DNA of 64,000 bases from Lingula anatina (taxonomy: Eukaryota; Animalia; Brachiopoda), in the NCBI GenBank assembly GCA_051362555.1, contig CM120640.1:16492001-16556000 (forward strand). The letters are read 5' to 3'. This document shows positions 25,618 to 37,000 of the stretch, in pieces. The translations under genes and the position numbers were made by a program. The notes below the pieces were generated by a model. It made no database searches. It saw only the letters and a list, made by a program, of their open reading frames with translations, and was not told where the DNA came from. The stretch's first letter is position 1, and each line of letters opens with the position of its first letter.

Positions 25618-28600
25618 TGTTCCCTCCACCCTCCACGGGTGGACTTTCTTTTTATAGTAACCAAAATAATAATTTAAGAACACCTTGAAAGGTGTTTATA
25701 AGTTTCCAAGTACCCAACCCAGGATTCGAACCCCAACCCCTCTCCGAACCTCTAGCCAATAAAAATACCAAGACATTTTTGCATATTTTTGAATTTTTTA
25801 TTACAAGAAAAGCATAATTAATTTCCATCTATGTTTTAATTCATTTTTAAGACATTTGTCTGTAAAACTACATTCTGATTTTTTATTCACTGCAAGTGTT
25901 GACACTTCGATTACGTTAGACATTACTGAAATTTGCATTATTCCAAAGTGTAACTACTTTCTATTAACTCGCAATAGCGATTGACATAATAGCATGTTAC
26001 ATTAAAGTGGGGGATATACCTGTAGAATTTGAAAAAAATCCTTACAGAAATGTTTCAAAAAGGTATATGCAACATGAATATCGAGGGACAGATCATGATT
26101 TTACTTTTACTCCCTACATCCTTTTTGATTCTAAAATTGTCAGAACAAATGTTTTGTAAATTGCTGAACATAAATTGTCCTCCAATGGGACAAAACAAAC
26201 ACTATTTGTGCACCTACTGGCCGATAGATATAAAGGTGCTGGTAAGATAGACTTGAACAGTAAAATTCAGTAATTGGGAAAGCTCAAACATAAAAATGTG
26301 TTTCCCATCGTATTGATGGTACACTTATAATAATAAAATCAGCTGTTCAAAATCAGATTTTCAAGTTAAACATTTATTTCAACCATGGAGTGTAAATTCT
26401 GTAATCTTTAAACACTGTACACCTAAGAATAGACCGCGATGTGAAAGATGACATCTTATTCAACAAGACAGCAAGTTTTTCAAATGTTAAAGATGATAGT
26501 CCTTTTTTATCTGAACATGCAAAGTGAAGCAATCGTTAAAAGCACATAATGAGCGTTAGATTCTTGTATAGCAAAAATGATTTTCTGGGAATTTCAAGAC
26601 TTTTTCCTTACCAAAAAGAATACCATATCCAAAGCTGATCTCAGAATTACGGTCCAACAAACCATTTTTGAGTTTAAAAGTTTCTCATCTTTCGAGTCAC
26701 TCGCACAGAGGAGACAAAACCGGGGAGTCTCACTTATGACATTAAAAACTCGCATACTGATTTAAAGACCGCACTTCGCTAAACAATTTTGAATTAGGAA
26801 AACCTTGGTGGTGATGTGAGAATGCGGATTTCAGGAATCTGCTTCTGCTATACACAGCTGTAACAGGCATTATGTCTTCAACAGTATAGGTTAAATATTT
26901 GAAGTATTTTATATCCAAAGCTCAAACTGACGAGTAAAATGCCCCCGATTTGGAGATTAAAATACCATTAACATTTCATTAAATGTAATCTTGTCAACTC
27001 TTAAGTGTTAAATTTTAATACAATTAACTGGATAAAGGAATTATATGACGTGAAATGTATTTGCCTTAAGATTAATAACTTAAAGCTACTTCTACATTAT
27101 TTTTTTTCTTCTGAGAGCATAAACACGCAAAAAATACCCAAAAATCATTGAAATATGCAAAAATAGACGAACAAAGTTTTAATTATCTGTTGCAACTTCA
27201 ACATGATTTTTCTTTGTCTCAGTTTTGCATGATGAGGAAAGAGTCAGATTTAGCTTAACACAGATATTCTTATGAAATAGCATGTTTTACTTGTTTTATT
27301 CGCATGAGAACTAAACGTCATAAAACCACTTGCTGCCTTGCTGAAGAATACCGGCAGTAGTAACATATGCATTTTATAAATGCCACTGTGGCCAACTGTA
27401 AAGTATTATTAGAATGTTACTGTAACATATCGAAAGGCAAAAGGGCAGAAATCTTCGTCGAAATAAAGCAAGTTTTATAACTGATGACCGCGCTGTCTTA
27501 AATATGCCACTTTTCAAATATTCAATATTTCATCTGCAAGAATTCAAAATTGGTATAGTCAAATAAATCTTACTCACATGAAAAATAATTGTGGACAGAG
27601 TTTTGAATGAGCAGTGCGATATTGTCAACGAGCATCGATTGAAAAGTATGGAGGTACGATCAAAATCCATTTTAAAAAGCATTACGAGTTGTCATTTCGC
27701 CCCTTATGCCTCTTGACTTGAACATCTATCACACATAGGGTTAGCTATAATTCAGCTCACATTAACGGATTGAAATGTTACAGCTTTATCCGTATATCCG
27801 TATATTACTATTGTTATATTACATGCATGTTCTTAAATTCGACTATCGACATTTCACTAAATATCCACGTGCCAAGTGCTAGCATTTTGAAAGGGCCACT
27901 CCTCAGCATTTCCCTCTTCTTGACGATTTTTCACGTAAAACTATTACTACCACTACAATTTCTATCAACGGAGTTCAAATCAGTTAGCTTGAGGTGCAAC
28001 TGCACTTTTCATTTTCATGCTACTCGTACGTGCAGAATTGACTAAGTTATGGAGGAAGCAAAATGTTAATTTAAGGAAGGAAAATACTGGGGACGGATTG
28101 GTCATTTTTAAGCATGCAGACGTCAAAATTGAATCACAGATAAATTATCATCAAATACCTGACATTAATAACTTAAAACCTTATTTTGAATCTGTTGAAA
28201 TTAAAATATCCGTATACTTAGTATCTAGACCGCCTTGCGTTCACTCCCTGGTCACTCGGAACTGAAAATGAAGTGACAACTTTTTCACGAGTGCAGGCTC
28301 AATTCATGGGGGAGGAGGCAGGATGATGTAGGGGCTTTTTCTAATTAACACTCGCCATTATCTGGCAGTTAAATCTTCATTTCCAATTCACTAAAATAAA
28401 AATACATAGGATGTATTTGTTTAAACATATTTGAAATCTAAACCTCAAGAAATAAAATCCCAGACACAAACCAACCCCAAAATAAAGCGACATCATTCAG
28501 GTCACTGACTATCCTAATATGGTCCACTGCATGCGTAAAATTGAGCAGTTTTTATCATGTTTGATGAACCAGACATACCATAGCGCCATCTAGAGAAAAA

Positions 28601-31016
28601 AAGAAACGTTTGTCTCTGCTTCAAACGGAATCTGCAGATTTTTTAATTACAATTTTAGGGATATGAAAAAATCAGAAATTAAAATGAACGTACTCCATTT
28701 TTACCTTTTATTTGGGTAATGACTAATGAACTTAGATGCATCAAGGAGTTATAACTCCTTGGATGCATGCACTTCTCTCTTATATATAGTATGCATACCT
28801 GCGTGTATGTATGTGTGTGTGTGTGTGTGTGGGCGTGCGTGTGTGGGCGTGCGTGTATATACTTAATTATCAGCAAATGTAAAACAGAAATTGTGAATAC
28901 GAACCGAATAACACACACTACGGAGTACCTACCCTCTACTAGAGCCAAAGATTGATTTTTCACTAGATATTCACATATTTTGTCTCTGAACGATTACTCT
29001 ACACTCACGTTATATGAAAATGCACACAATTAATCTGCGGCCCTGGAAGAGGGTACAGAGTGTCTATGTCTACAAAATAGAAAAGCACCGTCTCGGTTCA
29101 AGATCGGTTGTCACCTTGATAGGTTAATGAATCTTCATAAATCTTACATGTAAGACCTCATAAAACGGCTTTAGAATATTAACAATTGAGAAAAAGCAAT
29201 CAAAACCAGGTCAAAATTTGCCGCTTTTCAGCTTTATTTTAAAATTTTTTAGACGTACCTATTTTAGCAAACGTCTTCATTTGGCATGACATGAAGAAGG
29301 AATTTGCCAGACAAGTGTGGTTGATAACAGCACATGGAAACACACTAAAATACTTCGAAAAATTTTTAAAACGGGGGAAAATACCGGCAAAACACAGCTG
29401 TTACCTGAAAAAATGATGGCCAAAACCCTAACACTTGCTACTAGCCTTCATAATGTGAAGAATGATTGGTTTTTAATGACTTAAAGCAAAGTCATATTGC
29501 TTTTTATAGGCAGAATTTGTAACTAATGTACTTTTCTCGGAAAACTGTTGCCACTCACGGCCGCGAAAACACAATCCACTATATCGATAGACTGATGATT
29601 TTAATTTTAATTAAGTTTTGGTTTATACGGTGTCTAATTTTTCTGTCTATTTTTCCTGCCATCTATATTCATTTATCTCATATACCGGTATATTGTGTAA
29701 ATGTTTAATTTCATGATAGAAGAGAATTTTCGTTATTTTCGATTTTAAACTCTGATTGATTGACCGGGCCCTTATGCAAAGAAATCGGTGCCAGTCAGAT
29801 GAAATATTACAGTGACATAAATATTGTGGACCCGAACTGCATAAAAAGCAGTTATAAAATTTCCTTCAGAAAAAAAAAAAACAGCCCCAACAACCTGATA
29901 AGGTGCTTCACCACTATTACAGTTCAGTAAGACGCCCTAATACAATTCGACGGATACATAAATGGTGCAAGATTCTTCACTATTGAAATTTCGTTGTTGC
30001 TTTCCATTTGCACCTACACATCTCGCAAAAAAAGCTCAAATTTGGCATATTCTTCATAGTTCAAAGGGCAATTTTCATCGATTAAATTATGAATTATGAG
30101 TGTGAATACATTTGACAATATCTAATTCTACATTTGATAATAACTAATTCTACATTGGCAGCATTTTATTTCAAGTACATTAAAGACATTTTCATGCCTT
30201 TCAATTTTTTGTTAGATTTGAGTATCTTTTTTAAGTATAAGAAGAAAAATACCACACCCAAGAAAGACATTTTCAAAATACAAACAAGTAAAGATCAACA
30301 GCAAATTTAATCACACATATTTACCCCACCCACAACATAAATGACAGGGTATGTCTTCTTTAATTGTCAGTGTTTTTTTTAATCTCAACTATAGCAATTA
30401 AGACATTGTCCAAACATTTGCCATTTTAGGCAAATCTGTGGCTCCAAAGTTAAACTGTTAGTAAAAGTAATGCATTTAAGCCTGATGTGTACACAATAGT
30501 GTCTTTATATGACTAGATTACCAACGTATTACTTAAATAAAGGTCCTATCCATGTCTGCATTTTTTTCAAGATTTACAAATTTCTAGCAAGGTGTTGTCT
30601 GCATCTTTGCCTTTCAAGGCCAATCAATGGTCACTAAATATAGCAATTATTATTCATTATAATTACCGAATATTAATGGCATGTTTCATTTAGTAGCAGT
30701 TTAACTTAGTTAAGTTTACATTGGGTAACATGATGATAAACTGATATGGTATTACTGAGGAAAAAACTATTCACTACATTAAGGGATATGTTATTAGCAA
30801 CTGAAAATGCCCTTTTACAAATGACAGAACAGGGACATCCCTTTTAAATACTTCCATATTATCATTTTATTTTTTAATATACTTACTAATCATTTTCAAA
30901 GATAAATGTGCACTTAATTATCAAATTATAGTTAAAAAAATTTCATTAACTTAAATGTTACTTAAATCTAAGCTCCAATATTGACAAATATGCATGATTT
31001 GCATAGGGAATCTTGA

Positions 31017-31053
<37 letters not shown>

Positions 31054-31097
31054 TCTCTGATAAAATGTACTAAAATATATTAAGCTGTGATTAAATC

Positions 31098-34000
31098 TTA
31101 GATATTGCCCATTGGTGTACTGGTCCACTTCCCCTTACCAGATCTTACAGGATGTCTACCAAGACTACTATCAACATTTTCTTCATGTGTGGCTCCTGCA
31201 ACCATACTACCTCTCTGGTCATGAAAAACTTGCCCTTTTCTCAAATGTCTCTGCATGGAGAAGGTCTGATTGGAACTATGACTTTGGGATGCACTGTTGC
31301 TCTGCCTTCTTAGTTGATTAGGATCTTTATGAAATCTATTCAGTGATTGATTATGCTTTGCGGGCGGACTTTGTCTCCCCCCCGGTCCATGCCCCTTCAC
31401 AAATACCTGGTATTCAGATGGGGAAGATGCTGAAATAGTTCTTGAAGACACAGACTGTTGGTACATATGTCTACCCTTAGTGGACTGCTGCTGTTGTGAA
31501 AGGCGGTTTTCTGAAGGGGAATAAGGTCTGCTTGGAGAATCCCTCCCTCTTGCTGGAGACCCAGTTTGGTACCTCCTTACTGGTGGCTGGCCTCTTTCTT
31601 TCTGCAGAGAGGTGCCTGAAGACATTGTTGATGATGGGGAAAATGCTTCTGGGGATTCCTGCTGCACTACACTTCTAGGAGAACCAGTTTGGCTCCTTGA
31701 TGTTGCCTCACCCCTACCTCTCCATTGTGTAGGACCAGATGACATAGTAGAGGAAGGTGAAACAGGATCCACAGAATCAGAACCTTTTTGCAAAGGTGAC
31801 ATTGGTGATTTAGGTGGTACAGTACTGCCTCTGCTGGTTGGTCTTTCAGAAGCTGGGGGCAAAGCAGGATAGGGACCACTGGGGTCTTTGATACTTTTTG
31901 TAGAAAACTGCTTCTCCCGAACCACAGTCTCTTCAAAAGTGTAGCCACTTACACCCTGCTCATTCGGTGACAATGGTCTAAATGTCATCGAGTGGGTTTG
32001 CATGTCTCCTTTCACTGGGGCTTCTAGCTGATTATTTCTGTTGCCAACTGGTAGATAAGGAAGAGCAACTGTGGTAAGAGATCCAGTTGAATCTATATTT
32101 AAAGCTGTGGCACCATTAGGGTTGGGCTCCTGGGGAGACTGAAAAAGTGTTCTTAAAGTTTCCACAGATCTTTGTGGTGGTGCCAGTGGGTTTCCATGCT
32201 CATCAAGAGCCTGGACAACCTTTTCCTCTGTTGTTTCCTTCACAGCTACATATTGATTATTTGGCCCATCTTTTTGTGGGTTTGGAATAGTCAAAGAAAC
32301 ATTTGTCATGCCATTTCCAGAGGGACTGTTCCTTGCATCTTGTGGTGGAATGACAAAGGTGAAACTTCTGGATGATTCTGCTCCTGGAGACAAAATGCTT
32401 GAGGCAGTTGATGAAGCAGCGCTTTCAGGCCGAAAGTCCATTGTGGCAGACCTCACAGTGTCAGGCGTTCCAGCTGAGCTTCTTAAAGGGTCTGTAGAGT
32501 CTTTAGATCTTGTTAAAGCACTATTCTTAATATCAAATGACATCATACTAAATGTCATTTTAGGAAAATCTCTTTCACTTTTTTCCGATTCTTCTTCAGT
32601 CAGACCTGCAACAATAGTTGGTACTTCTGATCTTGGTTCTTTCTCAATAGGTGTATATCTCTGTGATTCAAGCTCAAAATCATCATCAAATCTCTCTGTT
32701 GCTTCCTGGTCTTCCTCCTCTTCAAATTCATTTTCAAGATTGGTTACAATCTCCTGAGTTTCTTCCTCTGCTTCATAATCTTCAATGTGAGCTCCAACTT
32801 CCTGCTCCTCTTCAGGTTTCTCTTTAGGTATTGGGTCTGTCATACTAATCTCTTCTTTGGAAGTAATCCCACCTGTCATTGACGTTCCCTCACTAACTAA
32901 TTTCCTCTTGGGTTTGCTTGTCTCTGCATGAGCTTTTACTGGTTCCTCTTCAACGGGTTTCTGTAGTATAATTTCATTCACATTAGTTTTCACACCTGTA
33001 ACTGGTTTCTCTAGAACCTCCTTCATGTCAATGGTACTACTGGCAACTTGCTGCTTCTCTCCATCATTTTCATCAACTTCAGGCCATCTGATTTTAAAGT
33101 CTCTGGGTTTAACCTTCTCTGCTACAATATCATCATCCATAACTATCTCTTGGATTGGTTCCTTTGCTTGCATCTGGGCTGTTCCCAAATCAACTGGAGT
33201 CACATTCTTTTCTTTTCTTGTTGGCAATTCTGGTTTTTCATGCACTTCTTCTGTAGGAATCTTCTGCAGTTCTACATTGTATACTTTCTGAAGAGATACA
33301 TTCTTCTCAGTGGAAAAATTAGGTTCACTTAATGTTGTAACAGCCTCTAGGGGTTCCAACTTTTTCCCAGGACCAAACGGCACAACATTATCATCTTTAT
33401 TCTCAGTAGTTTCAACATACATTTCTTCTTTCATGGTATTAATATGGGCTGTTTCATTTCTGGTGGTGACTGATTCTGAAACAGTGGTGATTTCAGCTTT
33501 TTCTGGCTCCTTTTTCTTCCAAAAGAAAACTTCCTCAAGCATAGAAACAGTGACTGTTCTTGGTTCACCACCTATGTAGGCTGTGGCTGTGGCACTGGTA
33601 TCTTGGGTAATGTCCTGGTCACGCACCACTGAAGGGTCCACCTTAGTTGGCATTTCACCCACACCTTGGGTTCTATCAACAGATAGGTCAACATGTATGG
33701 TTGCATTTTTCATTTCATCTATCTTTGCCTTAAGCATTTTAGAATAAGGTGATAAATATGACTTATCTTCATATGGGTCCACATTGGTCTCAAAGGTGGT
33801 ATTTGTAAAAGATCTTGGTTGATAACCTTGTACATAAGCTCTTTTAAAATGAGGCCTTGGTCTTGTCACAGGCTGTCTGGCAGATGGGTGTGACTTTGTA
33901 TTGTCCACTGGAACAGTGAAGTCTCCTTTAGCTTCACTGAAATTTAGAGAATCATGTGTCCTAGGTAGATGTGTCTCTGGGTGAAACTTTCTATTAGGAC

Positions 34001-37000
34001 TATTTGAGTTATTTGTTTTTGGATTTTTATCTCCTGCTGAAACAGTGGGAGTTTCCCAGTGAGGACTTTTGCCATCTTTTTCTTCTTTTTTCTTTTGTGC
34101 CATTTTGTCATCTTGCTTGTCCATTTTAATATTTTCTGCCTTCTTTGGCTCTTTGGGGGCCTGTGCTTTGTTTAATGGCCTATCTGTTTGTAATGTTTCA
34201 CTGTCATCTGAATCACTTTTTTTCGAATGATGTATTTCATCAGGAACTCCATCAATTGCTGTATTTTTCTTTTCACTGCCACTCACTTCATCCATTGCCG
34301 AATTCATTTTGGACTTACGCCCACCAATTTTGTCAAATATGGTACCTATTATATCAGAAGTACTTTCAAAAGTTTCAGACTCATCAGTCATATCATTTTC
34401 CACATCAACCAGTTCTTTTGTGATTGTTCTATCTATGGTTACTTCATCATATTCTTGACTTACAGCAACCCCTTCCCTTGCAAGAAAATCACGGTTCTTT
34501 GCATCACTGATGTATCCAGGCATTGTTTTCTTTTCAATATAAATTTCTTTTGTTAATGTTTGTTTTTCTGGTACTCTGTTTGGCATGAGTCCCTCTTCTC
34601 TAAATGCTTTGCTACTATCTGACCTTGCTCTACTTTCTATGTCCTTCTCAGATCTTTCTTTCGCTTTTGGTGATCCTTTCTCAAGATGAATTTCTGCTGT
34701 TGACCTGTTGATATCTACCTTTCTTTGGGTTTCTATGTCCATCTTTTCAGTAGATGTTTGATTAATTTCTGGAACTATTTTCTCCATATGTATCCCTTCT
34801 GTTGTAGATTTGGAGATAATTTCTGGCTTAGACCTGCCCTCATTATCCGTATCTTGAGTAGCTATACCAAAATTTTCAGGGGCTTCATTTTCAATGTAAA
34901 TCTCTTCTCTAAACCTTTTATTAATATCTGGCTTATGGTTCTCTTGCACTACAGTACTCTCTGACTCTCTGTCCCTACTTTTCATCCAAGAGGTGACTTT
35001 ACTAATGACTGACTCTGCAGGCTGCTGTCTCTCCAATCCAGCTGGTCTTCCTGTGCTTTTCTCATTGTGCCTGATAACCTTTAGCTTTGTTATTTGTCTT
35101 TGGTTTCCATCTGGGTTATCATGGGCCTCTTTAACAGATTTTATAGCATGGCTGCTTTTTGTATCAATGTCCTTAAAATAAGAATCAATCCTGTCATCAA
35201 TTGACATAGTTTCCTCAACAGCACTCATATCCTGCAGAATATTGGGGTTTGCTCTAGCATGGCTTCCGGAGTCACTGTGTACTTTTATCTTCCTTGTAGT
35301 AATAATCTCATCTTGAAGGTCAGTTTTTCCTTCACTCTGATCTCCTGACCTAAGGTAAGTTGAAGTCTTATAGGAATTGCTGGCTGTGTTATCTTCTGCT
35401 GGGAGTACTTCCATATAGATGTTAGATTCATCAACAACCACAGAGGGTAAAAAATGCTCTTGTGTTGTCACATTTGCCTTTGGTAATTTTGGTCCATTTC
35501 CACTAGGAGCTTGCAAGTTCACACTACCATGTGCTGTCATGGATACTTCATCAACCGATTCCATTTGTACTTCTGGAACAGATTCCACTTTTTTGTGAAC
35601 ATTTATGTTTTCTTGAATTCTGGGAGAGGCAGGCACCAGTTTTTCAGAGAACATCTTCATATTTGACTGAAAATGTTGTTTTGCTAATTCTTCAATTTGT
35701 CCTGGTTTTACTTCATCATGCTCTGAGTGTCTGTATTTAGTTACTTTAACACCTCCATCAGTATAGCTCCTTACAAAATGTTGGTCACCTGAGAAAGAGG
35801 CACCTTGATGTCCACTTTCCTTCCAGAAATATGGAGAGGTGCCATACCTTCTACTTGACTGCTGTGTAGATACATATCTTGAAGGTGTCCCTGTCAGAAC
35901 ATTTCCAAATCTTTTTGTATTAGATGTGTTGGGGTTGTACATTGTCCAATTAGAATCATCTCTATTTACCTTTAACTTTGTAAAAGCATGTCCACTCTCA
36001 TCATGTCCACCAGTATTGTTCACTTTTACTATGGGAAAAATGTTGCTTTGCATTTCTCTACTGCTTAAAAAAGCATGTGAGTCAACCTTTGAGTTAGAAA
36101 CATCTTCAATAGTATAGTTCTGAAATTCTTTTTCAGTGTACTCTTGCTGCTTCTCAGAATTAGAAACATTTGACACATTGACCTTCTCTGGAACTGCTTC
36201 CAGTGCTGTGTGACCTGTGCTGCTCCTTATTTGCCCTGACACTGGAAAGGTCTGGTGGTTGCTACTTATGGCAGTGTCCCACTGTTTCTCAATAAATACT
36301 TGATGTGCATCATCATACACCAAGTTGTTCTCTGAAGCTAAAGGAGTGACAATATCTTCATATTTGCCCAAGGCCGATGACTGGATATCAGAAGAAGGTC
36401 TCATATGTTCCTCCAGCGTAGGTGAAGGTGTTCTTGTACTGGGACTTGTAGATCCTGAGGGAATATCTATTTCTGATTCAACTAGACTCGAGTGATACAA
36501 ACTGGCACTGATATCTGTGGCTGCTTGAGATTCAGGAGAGATGACTCGGTCTGCTTGTTGGGTGTTTTCTTTATTATGTTGCCAGACAGATCTTTGACTG
36601 ATGGCAAGCTGGTCTCTAGTGTCTCCTAGAGGATGTTTTCTTGATACCTCTGGTGACTCACTTTCAGAAGCAGAAGACAGTTTTGTCACTGTCATTTCTG
36701 AAGTTTTGCCTATGTGTTTAAAACTCTCTTTCTTATCCAGCTGGTTGGTTGATAACTCTTTGTCAGAAACTAAAACTGGAACCAAATCCTCTTGCTGAAT
36801 GTGATTAGTTTGCTTCACTAATTCAGTATCTGCTTTGGTGCCAAATTTATTGGTTAAGATCCCTGTGTTAGAACTTCTTTGTTCTTCAACAACAGTAACC
36901 TTGTCAGTGGAAATGGGTATACCTTTCCTTATGTTCCACTGATCATTTGAAGCCTTTGATTCTCTGCTAATGACCTCATCCCTAGTCAGAATGCTCTGAT

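Noticed and set aside
23900-29800. Possible larger DNA transposons (TTAA-AG starts at ~26002 and ~26762; GGCCC ends at ~29039/29770)
   Set aside because: I could not pair convincing TIRs or TSDs by eye, and there is no transposase ORF.
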